Part shown: positions 38,890-48,804 of the stretch, piece by piece | Layout of the letters: every line of letters starts with the position of its first letter | How positions within the stretch are numbered: the first letter of the stretch is position 1 | Assembly: GCA_018335575.1 (NCBI GenBank) | Contig: JAGXRT010000034.1 | Span: 8,040 to 72,039, forward strand | From: Bacteroidota bacterium | Lineage (GTDB): Bacteria; Bacteroidota; Bacteroidia; Flavobacteriales; Flavobacteriaceae | Length of the DNA stretch: 64,000 nucleotides | Direction of reading: 5' to 3' | The notes under the pieces: model-generated | Databases searched by the model: none | Told to the model about the DNA's origin: nothing | Seen by the model: only the letters and a program-made list of their open reading frames with translations | Translations under genes and position numbers: made by a program

Positions 38890-40182
38890 TTATTTTTTCA
38901 TTAATGCCTCAATTTCGTCAGCTTCAATTGGAATACTAGCCATTAAGTTAAAAGGAGCACCTTTTTCTTGAATTACATAATCATCTTCCAAGCGAATACC
39001 TAAATTTTCTTCTGGGATATAAATTCCAGGTTCAACAGTAAATACCATTCCGGCTTGCATGGGCTCAGTTAAAATGCCGTAATCGTGCGTATCTAGACCA
39101 ATATGATGCGAAGTGCCGTGCATAAAATATTTCTTATAAGCAGGCCAATCCGGATTTTCATTTTTTACATCTTCTTCGGTAATCAGGCCTAAACCTATTA
39201 ATTCACGCGTCATAATTTTACCAACTTCTACATGGTATTTAGCCCAGTCATTACCCACAACCAACATTGCGGCTGCTTCATTTTTTACTCTTAAGACGGC
39301 ATTGTACACGTCTTTTTGTCGAGGTGTAAATTTTCCTGATACCGGAACGCAACGGGTTAAATCTGAGCTGTAATTAGCGTATTGTGCGCCTACATCCATT
39401 AAGATAACTTCACCTTCTTTACAAACCTGATTATTTTCTATATAGTGTAATACGCAGGCATTGTATCCGCTTCCGATAATAGGTGTATAGGCAAAACCAT
39501 TGGCGCGGTTGCGTAAAAACTCGTGGGCAAATTCGGCTTCAATTTCATATTCGGCAACGCCAGCTTTAACAAATCCTAAAACACGTCTAAATCCTTTTTC
39601 AGTAATATTACAAGCTTCTTGAATTAACGCAATTTCTTGAGGCTCTTTTACTGAACGCAGCCTCTGTAAAATTGGCTGACTTCTTAAATAAGTATGCGCA
39701 GGATATTTTTCCTGTAACCACTTAACGAAACGCGCCTCGCGAGTTTCAGTTTCAATTTTTGCCCGGTAATGTTCGTTGGTGTTGATATATACGTTTTCTG
39801 CCTGAGTCATCAATTCAAAAAAAACTTTTTCAAATTCTTGTAGCCAGTAAACGGTTTTAATGCCGGTTGTTTCAAATGCTTTTTCTTTAGTTAATTTTTC
39901 ACCCTCCCAAACAGCGATATGATCGTTGGTTTCTTTTAAAAACAACATTTCTTTATGCTGTGTTTTAGGCGCATCCGGAAAAATAACCAAGATACTTTCT
40001 TCTTGGTCAACCCCTGATAAGTAAAAAATATCGCGGTGTTGCGCAAATGGTAAGGTGCTATCTGCACTTACTGGGTATATATCATTGGAATTAAAAACAG
40101 CTAATGAGTTTGGTTTCATTTTAGCAGCAAATTTTGCTCTGTTTTTAATAAATAATTGTCTGTCAATTGGTAAGTATTTCAT
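38890..40182 (-). CDS. pepP: Xaa-Pro aminopeptidase (M24B)
   Basis: AMP_N domain, LHY, D.GA....Y.SDLTR, HG.SH..GLDTHD, TVEPGIY, GIRLEDD. Confidence 0.92.
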   Translation of the reverse strand: MKYLPIDRQLFIKNRAKFAAKMKPNSLAVFNSNDIYPVSADSTLPFAQHRDIFYLSGVDQEESILVIFPDAPKTQHKEMLFLKETNDHIAVWEGEKLTKEKAFETTGIKTVYWLQEFEKVFFELMTQAENVYINTNEHYRAKIETETREARFVKWLQEKYPAHTYLRSQPILQRLRSVKEPQEIALIQEACNITEKGFRRVLGFVKAGVAEYEIEAEFAHEFLRNRANGFAYTPIIGSGYNACVLHYIENNQVCKEGEVILMDVGAQYANYSSDLTRCVPVSGKFTPRQKDVYNAVLRVKNEAAAMLVVGNDWAKYHVEVGKIMTRELIGLGLITEEDVKNENPDWPAYKKYFMHGTSHHIGLDTHDYGILTEPMQAGMVFTVEPGIYIPEENLGIRLEDDYVIQEKGAPFNLMASIPIEADEIEALMKK

Positions 40183-40210
40183 TTGAGTAAATTTATATTT
40201 TGTTGTGCTT

Positions 40211-40218
40211 CAAAGTTA
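40211..40218 (-). promoter_or_regulatory. -7 element TAACTTTG of pepP
   Basis: Plus-strand CAAAGTTA, 28 nt upstream of the ATG. Confidence 0.65.
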
Positions 40219-40249
40219 AGAATTAAAAAATAATTGATTGTTACAAAAA

Positions 40250-41500
40250 TTAAAAGGTCAGGTCTTTTACAATAATTAAATCGTCTCTTTTTACAGTTAC
40301 TTTAATAGTTTGTCCTTTTTCAAATTTTCCAAGGGCATCCATATAACTCATCATATCAACAACTTCATGTTCACCAAGTTTTATAACGATATCACCTTTA
40401 ATTAATCCGGCATTATGAGCAGGTTTCCCATCAGAAACACCATCAATCCGCATTCCTTTATCACTATACATAAAATCGGGGATTACCCCTAAGGTAACTT
40501 TTAAGTTTCTGTTTCTGTTTGATTCGTCTTTTGTTTTGGTAAATAAAGGAACCGGTTTACTGTTGGCAATGGTTAATAAATTTTCAATGTAATCTACGAC
40601 CAATTCGAGTCCTTCATAATTGATTAATTCTGCGTCATCAGAAGGTTTATGATAATCTTGATGTTGTCCAGTAAAAAAGTGTAATACTGGTAAGTCTTGA
40701 AGGTAAAATGAAGTGTGATCTGACGGTCCTACACCCGATTCGTGTTTGTTAATTTTAAAATCAGGCTCTTTGATGGTTTGAATAATTTCCTCCCAAAGTG
40801 GTGAAGTTCCGGTGCCGTAAATGGCCATTCTTTTTTCAGTGTCCAATCGGCCAACCATATCCATATTAATCATAAAGGCGACATTTTTTATGTCAATTGT
40901 GGGATTTTTAGCAAAAAAACTAGAACCCCAGAGACCTTGTTCTTCACCGGAAAATGCTAAAAATAAATAATTATAATTTTTAAGCTTAAGTTTTTTAATG
41001 CGTTCTGCAAGGGCTAACATGGCCGCCACTCCACTTGCATTATCATCGGCTCCATTATGGATTTCATTTTTATCGGCACCTACCAATGAACCACCTAATT
41101 GACCATAGCCTAAATGATCGTAATGTGCACCAATAATTACTGTTTTTTGTGCTTTGTGATCTAAAAATCCAACAACATTATAACCTTTAATAGAAGCGGT
41201 ATCTTGAGTTGCGCTATGAGGACTTACTTTAGGTTTAGCGTAAAAAGGTTGTAAATAGCTGTTAGATATTCCTGCTTTTTTTAACCCCATTTTTTTATAG
41301 CGTTTTATAATGTATTCGTAGGCTAATTTTTCACCTGCTGAGCCCACTAAACGACCTTCCATCTCATCAGCGGCTAAAGTTGTAACATCTTTTTTAATTG
41401 AAGGAATTTGATTTTTTGTAAATACTTGTTGTGCATTAATTGATATTGATTGCATCATTACAACTAACAAAAAAGCGTATAACAGGCCTATAGATTTCAT
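40250..41500 (-). CDS. Secreted M28 aminopeptidase with C-terminal PDZ domain
   Basis: GAHYDH, GADDNASG, GEEQGL, NMDMVGR, SDH, YHKPSD; LGVIPD...PA..AGL..GD PDZ domain. Confidence 0.9.
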   Translation of the reverse strand: MKSIGLLYAFLLVVMMQSISINAQQVFTKNQIPSIKKDVTTLAADEMEGRLVGSAGEKLAYEYIIKRYKKMGLKKAGISNSYLQPFYAKPKVSPHSATQDTASIKGYNVVGFLDHKAQKTVIIGAHYDHLGYGQLGGSLVGADKNEIHNGADDNASGVAAMLALAERIKKLKLKNYNYLFLAFSGEEQGLWGSSFFAKNPTIDIKNVAFMINMDMVGRLDTEKRMAIYGTGTSPLWEEIIQTIKEPDFKINKHESGVGPSDHTSFYLQDLPVLHFFTGQHQDYHKPSDDAELINYEGLELVVDYIENLLTIANSKPVPLFTKTKDESNRNRNLKVTLGVIPDFMYSDKGMRIDGVSDGKPAHNAGLIKGDIVIKLGEHEVVDMMSYMDALGKFEKGQTIKVTVKRDDLIIVKDLTF

Positions 41501-41700
41501 AGTTTATTAAATTAAATTACGTTTATGTCGTTTTTTTATTTTGATTTTAAAAATACGCATTAAATTAAAATTGAATAAAAATACTGTTGGTTTTTTAGTT
41601 TAGCACTATATTAAAGTAAAACCGAAAGATTAATTTTAGTAGTTTACAATTGATTATTTTTCAATGTAGGATATAAATAGTTATTTATAATTCAAATTTA

Positions 41701-41708
41701 TACATTTG
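41701..41708 (+). promoter_or_regulatory. -7 element TACATTTG for the ChaN-propeller pair
   Basis: Exact TAnnTTTG, 22 nt upstream of ATG 41731. Confidence 0.65.
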
Positions 41709-41730
41709 TGCATAATCAATAACATTTACC

Positions 41731-42585
41731 ATGAAAAAGCTCTTTTTATCGATTGTTTTTCTTTGGATTTCTACCATTGGATTTTCTCAAAACAAACCTG
41801 CATATCAAATTTTTAATACTAATGGAAAAAAAGTTAGCTATCAGAAAATGTTGAAAGAAATGAGTAAAGCCGAAATAGTACTTTTTGGAGAACTTCACAA
41901 CAATCCAATTACACATTGGCTTCAATTAGAAACGCTAAAAGACTTGCATCAAAAAAGAGCGATTTCTTTGGGGGCAGAAATGTTTGAAGCAGATAATCAG
42001 CATGGAGTTGATGAGTATTTAGCCGGAAGAATTAGCTCTAAAGAACTAGGAACGCTTGTAAGATTGTGGAATAATTTTAGTACCGATTACAAACCATTAT
42101 TGGATTTTGCTAAGAAAAACCAGATAAAATTTGTAGCCACAAACGTACCTCGTTCTTACGCCAATTTGGTGTACAAAAATGGATTTCAGGTTTTGGATAC
42201 CTTTTCAATGGTTAATAAAAAATGGATGGCTCCTCTACCAATAGCCTATGATGCCAATTTGCCAGGCTATCAAAATATGATTAAAATGTCCGGAGGTCAT
42301 GGTGGCGAAAATTTACCAAAAGCCCAGGCCTTAAAAGATGCAACAATGGCTTATTTTATTCTTGAAAACATGGAAAAAGATAAATTGTTTATTCATTATA
42401 ACGGCACTTATCATTCAGACTTTTTCGAAGGAATCGGATGGTACTTGAAACATAAAAATCCATCAATTAAAATTGTAACCATCGCAACGGCAGAACAAGG
42501 AAATTTGAAAACCTTGGATAAAGAACATAAAAATAAAGCCTCATTTATTATAGTTGTTGATGAAGAAATGACCAAAACATATTAA
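41731..42585 (+). CDS. ChaN-family (EreA/ChaN/Tiki superfamily) exported protein
   Basis: FGELHNN..H..Q, GAEMFE, W.N...DY.PL, ATNVPR, QALKDATMA, NGTYHS; SPI-type signal with no lipobox Cys. Confidence 0.85.
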   Translation: MKKLFLSIVFLWISTIGFSQNKPAYQIFNTNGKKVSYQKMLKEMSKAEIVLFGELHNNPITHWLQLETLKDLHQKRAISLGAEMFEADNQHGVDEYLAGRISSKELGTLVRLWNNFSTDYKPLLDFAKKNQIKFVATNVPRSYANLVYKNGFQVLDTFSMVNKKWMAPLPIAYDANLPGYQNMIKMSGGHGGENLPKAQALKDATMAYFILENMEKDKLFIHYNGTYHSDFFEGIGWYLKHKNPSIKIVTIATAEQGNLKTLDKEHKNKASFIIVVDEEMTKTY

Positions 42586-42595
42586 AATTAGTACC

Positions 42596-45367
42596 ATGAA
42601 AAAATTTCACATTTTAATCAGTGCCCTGTTTTATTTTATTAGCATTAATTCTCAAAATTTAGTTAAAAACATCCCATTTACCAATATTGGTCCAACCATC
42701 ATGAGTGGTCGTGTGGTTGATATGGATGTAAACCCAGAAAAACCTACTGAATTTTATGTCGCTTATGCGTCGGGAGGTTTGTGGTATACTAACAACAATG
42801 GCACATCCTTTACTCCGGTTATGGATAATGCACCTACTCAAAATATTGGAGATATTGCGGTTGACTGGAAAAGCAGCACCATATGGGTTGGAACAGGTGA
42901 AAATAATTCATCGCGTTCATCGTATGCAGGTATCGGAATTTTAAAAAGTACCGATAAAGGCAAATCATGGATCAATGTTGGATTAACAGATTCGCATCAT
43001 GTAAGCAGAATAGTACTCAATCCAACCAATCCAAATGAATTAATTGTTGCAGTTATCGGTCATTTATACACCAACAATAATGAACGTGGAATCTTTAAAT
43101 CTGTAGATGGTGGAACAACCTGGAAACACACCTTATTTATCAATGATGCAACAGGCGTTATTGATTTATCAGTAGCACCGGATAATTTTAAGGTGATGTA
43201 TGCATCGGCCTGGCAACGCGATAGAAAAGCATGGCATTTTGATGGAGATGGGCCTCATTCAGGAATTTATAAAAGTATTGATGCTGGGGAAACTTGGCAA
43301 TTGCTATCAACTAAAGAAAGTGGTTTTCCAACAGGAGAAGGCGTTGGCCGAATTGGATTAGCAGCGTTTAATGAAAATATCGTTTATGCCATACACGACA
43401 ATCAGTTTAGAAGAGCAAAAGAAGAAAAAACGAAAGAAGAAAATCAACTTTCAAAAGAAGATTTTAAAGTTATGTCTGTTGAAACATTTCTAGACCTCGA
43501 TGTTAAAAAACTCAATAATTTTTTAAAAGAAAATGGTTTTCAAGAGAAGTATCGCGCAGAAAATGTGAAAAATTTAGTCAAATCGGGTGTGGTAAAACCG
43601 GCCGATTTAGCCCATTATTTAGAAGATGCCAATTCAGAATTGTTTGATACACCTGTTGTTGGAGCCGAAGTTTACAAATCAATCGATGGAGGAAAAACTT
43701 GGAAAAAAACACATGATGAGTTTCTAGATGATATTTATTTCTCGTATGGTTATTATTTTGGGCATATTTATGTGAACCCAAAACACGAAGAACAACTCTA
43801 TATTTACGGTGTTCCTATTTTAAAATCAAAAGACAGCGGAAAAACATTTACAGCTATTAATGGTGATAATGTGCACGTAGATCATCATTACTTATGGATT
43901 AATCCAAATTTAACCGGTCATTTAATTAATGGAAATGATGGCGGAGTAAATATAACCTATGATGATGGGGCCAATTGGATAAAATGCAATACTCCGGCAG
44001 TAGGCCAATTTTACGCCATTAATGTGGATGATGCTAAACCTTATAATGTATATGGCGGATTGCAAGACAACGGTGTTTGGAAAGGTCCTAGTAACTATAA
44101 GGCGTCAGTAGATTGGCATCAAGAAGGAGAATATCCGTATAAATCTATAATGGGCGGTGACGGTATGCAAGTAGAAATTGATAAACGCGATAAAAATATT
44201 GTTTATACCGGATTTCAGTTTGGAAACTATTATCGATTGGATTTAAAATCAAACAAAAGAAATAACATACAACCAAAACATGATTTGGGAGAAACACCGT
44301 TGCGTTTTAATTGGCAAACACCAATTCATTTGTCTGTTCATAATCAAGATATATTATATTATGGAAGTAACAAATTACATCGATCACTAAATAAAGGTGA
44401 TGAGTGGGCAACTATTTCTTCAGATTTAACCTTAGGCGGCAAAAAAGGAAATGTGGCCTATGGAACGTTGACCAGCATTTCAGAAAGTCCGTTTCAATTT
44501 GGGTTTATCTACGTAGGTTCAGATGATGGATTAGTGCATATTACCGAAAACGGTGGCGGAAGTTGGACTAAAATTTCCGATTCGTTTCCTAAAGAATTAT
44601 GGGTTTCGCGAGTTATTGCATCGGCACACAAAAAAGAGCGTGTGTATGTAGCCTTAAACGGATATCGAAACGATGATTTTAAACCGTATTTATTTGTTTC
44701 TGATGATAAAGGAACAACATGGAAATCAATAAGTAATAATCTTCCAAATTTTCCAATCAATGTAATTAAAGAAGATCCAATCAATAAAAAATTAGTGTAT
44801 GTAGGAAATGATAATGGTGTTTTTGTTTCGATGGATGGCGGTAACTCGTGGCAGGAATTTCAAAAAAACTTACCAAAAGTAGCCGTACATGATTTGGTTG
44901 TTCAAAAAGAAGCCAAAGACTTGGTAATTGGAACACACGGTAGATCGATTTACAAAGCACATATAGACCCCTTACAACAGTTTGAGAAAACTAAGAATAA
45001 ATCAGCTTTAATTTTTAATGTTGATGAGGTTCGATATAATAAAAACTGGGGAAGTTCATGGAGCAAATGGTTAACACCTACAGAACCAAAAATTACCATT
45101 CCTTTTTATGTAGCTAAAGAAGGCACCTATCAAATCGTTGTAAAATCTGAAGATGGAATAGAGCTTAACAGGTTTGAATACAAAGCAGATGCTGGTTATA
45201 ATTATGCTGATTTTGTGATTAAATACAACGAAACCGGAAAGAAAAATTACCTTAAAAAGCATAAAGATGCTGTAATTACAACCGCAAAAAATGGACAGGA
45301 TTACTTTATAAAAGGCAAATTCCAAGTTGAGATTGGCGATGCCAAGCAAGTATTTGAAATCAAGTAA
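42596..45367 (+). CDS. Secreted BNR/Asp-box beta-propeller protein (VPS10/sortilin-like)
   Basis: IGPTIMSGR start, many S.D.G.TW Asp-boxes, HVDHH, GGLQDNG, RFNW, GTHGRS. Confidence 0.85.
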   Translation: MKKFHILISALFYFISINSQNLVKNIPFTNIGPTIMSGRVVDMDVNPEKPTEFYVAYASGGLWYTNNNGTSFTPVMDNAPTQNIGDIAVDWKSSTIWVGTGENNSSRSSYAGIGILKSTDKGKSWINVGLTDSHHVSRIVLNPTNPNELIVAVIGHLYTNNNERGIFKSVDGGTTWKHTLFINDATGVIDLSVAPDNFKVMYASAWQRDRKAWHFDGDGPHSGIYKSIDAGETWQLLSTKESGFPTGEGVGRIGLAAFNENIVYAIHDNQFRRAKEEKTKEENQLSKEDFKVMSVETFLDLDVKKLNNFLKENGFQEKYRAENVKNLVKSGVVKPADLAHYLEDANSELFDTPVVGAEVYKSIDGGKTWKKTHDEFLDDIYFSYGYYFGHIYVNPKHEEQLYIYGVPILKSKDSGKTFTAINGDNVHVDHHYLWINPNLTGHLINGNDGGVNITYDDGANWIKCNTPAVGQFYAINVDDAKPYNVYGGLQDNGVWKGPSNYKASVDWHQEGEYPYKSIMGGDGMQVEIDKRDKNIVYTGFQFGNYYRLDLKSNKRNNIQPKHDLGETPLRFNWQTPIHLSVHNQDILYYGSNKLHRSLNKGDEWATISSDLTLGGKKGNVAYGTLTSISESPFQFGFIYVGSDDGLVHITENGGGSWTKISDSFPKELWVSRVIASAHKKERVYVALNGYRNDDFKPYLFVSDDKGTTWKSISNNLPNFPINVIKEDPINKKLVYVGNDNGVFVSMDGGNSWQEFQKNLPKVAVHDLVVQKEAKDLVIGTHGRSIYKAHIDPLQQFEKTKNKSALIFNVDEVRYNKNWGSSWSKWLTPTEPKITIPFYVAKEGTYQIVVKSEDGIELNRFEYKADAGYNYADFVIKYNETGKKNYLKKHKDAVITTAKNGQDYFIKGKFQVEIGDAKQVFEIK

Positions 45368-45399
45368 AAAAACGCCCGATTTAATCGGGCGTTTTTTTT
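45366..45399. terminator. Bidirectional terminator between the convergent propeller genes
   Basis: AAAAAAACGCCCGATT-T-AATCGGGCGTTTTTTTT. Confidence 0.92.
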
Positions 45400-45406
45400 A
45401 CATTAA

Positions 45407-48400
45407 TTAAAACGTTTTGGATTCTTTAAATAAACTGAGGTTGAGTTTTTCAATTTCATTTTTATATTCAACCCAATCTTTTTGATAAAATGCATTTATA
45501 GTTGCTTTGTAGGTTTCAAATGCATTTATTGCATTTTCTAACAATTGTTTTTCTGTAGAACCTGGTAATTGAATCAAATCATTGATGTACGAATAGGCTG
45601 TGAATAAGTTTGAAACTACCGTAGGATCGGTACTTCGCGTAATACCTTGTCTTTTATCTTCTTTGCCCAATAACTCATCTACATAACCATCCAATTTTTT
45701 CGAAATTGTGTCGTGTTTTTTAATTAAATCGGCGTATTTTTTATCCTTTAAATCAGATAATTGTTTTTTGTAATTTTTTACAATTTCTTTGGATTCATTG
45801 AGTTGCTGACTGATATTAGCCATCTGTTCCATGGTTTTTTCAACATCCTTTAAAAGCTTATATTTGGTTTCTAACACGTCGTTGGCTAACTGAATTCTTG
45901 GATCAAATTCGACTTGTACCGATGTTGAATCTTTTTCTTTTCCATGCGATAATACCAATTTATAGGTTCCCGGTAAAGCACTTACACCTCTTGGTTCCCA
46001 GTTTCCACGTCGTTGCGAAGTAGCTCTTGATGGTCTGCGTACACCTTTTTCATCAAGCCTCCAAGTTATCTTATGCAAGCCGTTTTCATCCGGAGATTTT
46101 TGTTTAATGGTGCGTATCAATTCATTTTTCTGATTGTACACATTTAAAACTATCGAATCATTTTTTGGTTTAGAATCGGGTTTTAACTTGGTAGTCTCTT
46201 TAGATTCTTTATTTATTTCTTTGGATTCTGACGGTTTATTAAAAATATAACTAATCTGTGCACCATCATTTTTATTTTCGCCATTATAGGTTGCATTGGC
46301 TCCAAATCGAACTCCTGCAGGCTGTTGTTTTTCTGTAATATAGGCTTTAGCCGGTTCAACTATTTTTAGTGGTTTATTTAGACTTTCAATACCTGTTTTT
46401 GCCAATTCTCTAAGCGGACGAATATCGTCTAAAATCCAGAAAGATCGACCAAAGGTACCTATTACCAAATCGTGTTCTGTTGGATGAATTACCAAATCCA
46501 TGGTTGGTACCGACGGATACTCATTGGTCCACTTTGTCCAGTTTTTTCCTTCATCAATACTAAAATAAAGTCCGTATTCAGTTCCTAAAAAGAGTAGGTT
46601 TTTAACGATAGGGTCTTGAACAAACGATAAAGTATAACCAAAAGACTCATCTTTTTTATCGAGTAAACTTTCCCAAGTTTTACCATAATCACGAGTTCTA
46701 TATAAGTATGGTTTAAAATCGAATTGACGGTAATTATTTACTACAACATAGGCTTCGCCAGCATTAAACGCTGATGTTTTAATTTGTGCAACCCAACTGT
46801 CTTTTGGCATTCCTTTGATATTTATAGCTACATTAGTCCAGGTTTCACCACCATTTCTTGAAATTTGAATATTTCCATCATCAGTTCCAACCCAAAGCAA
46901 TCCTTTTTCTAGCGTACTTGGTATTATAGCTAATATGGTACAATGATTTTCTGCTCCGGTAGCATCCATAGTTAAGCCACCACTTTCATGTTGTTTTTGT
47001 TTTTCAGGGTTATTAGTGGTTAAATCGGGTGAAATGATTTTCCACTCATGTCCTTGGTTGGTTGATTTGTGCACAAACTGACTTCCAAAATAAATGGTTT
47101 CATTGTCAATTGGATCTACAGCTATTGCAGAATTCCAATTAAAACGCAATTTCATTTTAGGGTCTGGATGCGTTGGTTTGATGTTCTTTATATTACCTGT
47201 TAACTTATCAAATCTGCCCACATTACCTCCCTGTGACATGGCGTAACCATATCGATTGTCTTTTAAATCTGGAACTACATCAAACCCATCGCCAAACATT
47301 ACTTCCTGCCAGTATGTGTTTCTAATTCCCTGATCTTTTAACACATAAGCCGGTCCATACCAAGAGCCGTTATCTTGCATGCCGCCGTAAACATTATACG
47401 GAAAATCGTTGTCGACGTTAACGTGATAGAACTGACCAACAGGTAAATTTTCAACAAAACGCCATGTTTTACCGCGATCGTACGAAATGTTTAAGCCCCC
47501 GTCATTACCATCGATAATGTAATTTGGATTTGTTGGATGAATCCACCAGGCATGATGATCTGGATGTACACCTTTAGTTGTTCCATAAGCCGGCATTAAA
47601 TCTTCAAAAGTTTTTCCTCCATCAATACTTACAGTAACATAGGTATGAATACTATACAGGCGATATTCATTTAATGGGTCTACATAAATCTCAGCATAAT
47701 AAAACGGACGGTTGTTGATGTTCTCGGTTTCGTTGATTTTTTTCCAATTAAAGCCGCCATCATCAGAACGATAAAGTCCATTTTTTTCGGCCTCAACTAA
47801 AGCATAAATCATTTTAGGATTGCTTGGCGCAATTGCTAAACCAACTCTTCCTAAATGACCTTTTGGTAAGCCATCTTTATCTGTTTTTTTAGTCCAGTTA
47901 GCTCCGCCATCAAACGAAATGTAAATACCTGAACCTTCGCCCCCCGATTTAAAAAACCACGGATCTCGTTTGTGTTCCCACATCGATGCAATGAGTTTAT
48001 TCGGATTTGAACTATCAACAACCAGTTCGGCACAACCTGTTTTGTTGTTTACAAACAAAACATTTTTCCATGTTTTTCCGCCATCAACGGTTTTAAAAAC
48101 ACCGCGTTCTGGATGTTCTCCCCAGGGTGATCCTATTGCAGCCACATAAACTGTATTTGGATTGTCACGATCTATGATGATGCGGTGGATATTGCGGGTT
48201 TTTTCTAGTCCCATTAATTGCCAGTTTTTACCGCCGTCAATACTTTTATAAATACCGTAACCGCCATTTAAACTGTTTCTTGGATTTCCTTCGCCGGTAC
48301 CAACCCAAATTACATCGGGATTGCTCTGTTGTATTGTAATGGCTCCAATTGACTGTACGGGTTGTTTGTCAAAGATAGGCTCCCACTCCAAGCCACCACT

Positions 48401-48604
48401 TTCAGATTTCCATACACCACCCGAGGCAGCGCCGGCATAAATAATTTCAGGTTTACTGTTAACTACATCAACAGCAGTAATGCGGCCGCTCATACCGGCC
48501 GGGCCAATAGAGCGAGGCTTCATTCCTTTCAGTTTATCAATTGGGACTTCTTGAGAAAAGGCCATAAATGAAAGAAATAAAAACGCAAATGTTATTTTTT
48601 TCAT
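45407..48604 (-). CDS. Second BNR/Asp-box beta-propeller protein (VPS10-like) with C-terminal helical extension (start 48604 or 48628)
   Basis: IGPAGMSGR, Asp-boxes, HPDHH, GGMQDNG, RFNWN, GTFGRS; coiled-coil-like tail. Confidence 0.85.
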   Translation of the reverse strand: MKKITFAFLFLSFMAFSQEVPIDKLKGMKPRSIGPAGMSGRITAVDVVNSKPEIIYAGAASGGVWKSESGGLEWEPIFDKQPVQSIGAITIQQSNPDVIWVGTGEGNPRNSLNGGYGIYKSIDGGKNWQLMGLEKTRNIHRIIIDRDNPNTVYVAAIGSPWGEHPERGVFKTVDGGKTWKNVLFVNNKTGCAELVVDSSNPNKLIASMWEHKRDPWFFKSGGEGSGIYISFDGGANWTKKTDKDGLPKGHLGRVGLAIAPSNPKMIYALVEAEKNGLYRSDDGGFNWKKINETENINNRPFYYAEIYVDPLNEYRLYSIHTYVTVSIDGGKTFEDLMPAYGTTKGVHPDHHAWWIHPTNPNYIIDGNDGGLNISYDRGKTWRFVENLPVGQFYHVNVDNDFPYNVYGGMQDNGSWYGPAYVLKDQGIRNTYWQEVMFGDGFDVVPDLKDNRYGYAMSQGGNVGRFDKLTGNIKNIKPTHPDPKMKLRFNWNSAIAVDPIDNETIYFGSQFVHKSTNQGHEWKIISPDLTTNNPEKQKQHESGGLTMDATGAENHCTILAIIPSTLEKGLLWVGTDDGNIQISRNGGETWTNVAINIKGMPKDSWVAQIKTSAFNAGEAYVVVNNYRQFDFKPYLYRTRDYGKTWESLLDKKDESFGYTLSFVQDPIVKNLLFLGTEYGLYFSIDEGKNWTKWTNEYPSVPTMDLVIHPTEHDLVIGTFGRSFWILDDIRPLRELAKTGIESLNKPLKIVEPAKAYITEKQQPAGVRFGANATYNGENKNDGAQISYIFNKPSESKEINKESKETTKLKPDSKPKNDSIVLNVYNQKNELIRTIKQKSPDENGLHKITWRLDEKGVRRPSRATSQRRGNWEPRGVSALPGTYKLVLSHGKEKDSTSVQVEFDPRIQLANDVLETKYKLLKDVEKTMEQMANISQQLNESKEIVKNYKKQLSDLKDKKYADLIKKHDTISKKLDGYVDELLGKEDKRQGITRSTDPTVVSNLFTAYSYINDLIQLPGSTEKQLLENAINAFETYKATINAFYQKDWVEYKNEIEKLNLSLFKESKTF

Positions 48605-48703
48605 ACTTACTAGTTTTATTTGATTCATGTAAAGTAAAGTTTATTTTATGGAATCTCAAAACATGGAATTTATTTTAATAAAAATTGCTTTTTGTTAAGG
48701 ATA

Positions 48704-48722
48704 AATTATAATCATTCTAAAT
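48704..48722. promoter_or_regulatory. Fur-box-like palindrome AATTATAATCATTCTAAAT upstream of sdhC
   Basis: 2 mismatches to ATTTAGAATnATTCTAAAT; ends 47 nt upstream of the sdhC -7 box. Confidence 0.6.
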
Positions 48723-48769
48723 TGATTAAAAATGATTTAATTGTTTTAGCTATTGCAAATGCTATGTTT

Positions 48770-48777
48770 TATATTTG
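48770..48777 (+). promoter_or_regulatory. -7 element TATATTTG of sdhCAB
   Basis: Exact TAnnTTTG, 27 nt before the ATG. Confidence 0.7.
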
Positions 48778-48804
48778 TCAATCGATTAACAAAAAATAAT
48801 TAAA

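Noticed and set aside
41501..41730. 230-nt intergenic region as an sRNA gene or Fur-regulated promoter
   Set aside because: It is very AT-rich with no stable stem or terminator, and its best match to the 19-bp palindrome is poor.
42596..48604. Recurring nucleotide similarity (GATGGnGGnAAAACnTGG-like) as a DNA repeat family
   Set aside because: It is explained by protein-level Asp-box repeats and paralogy.
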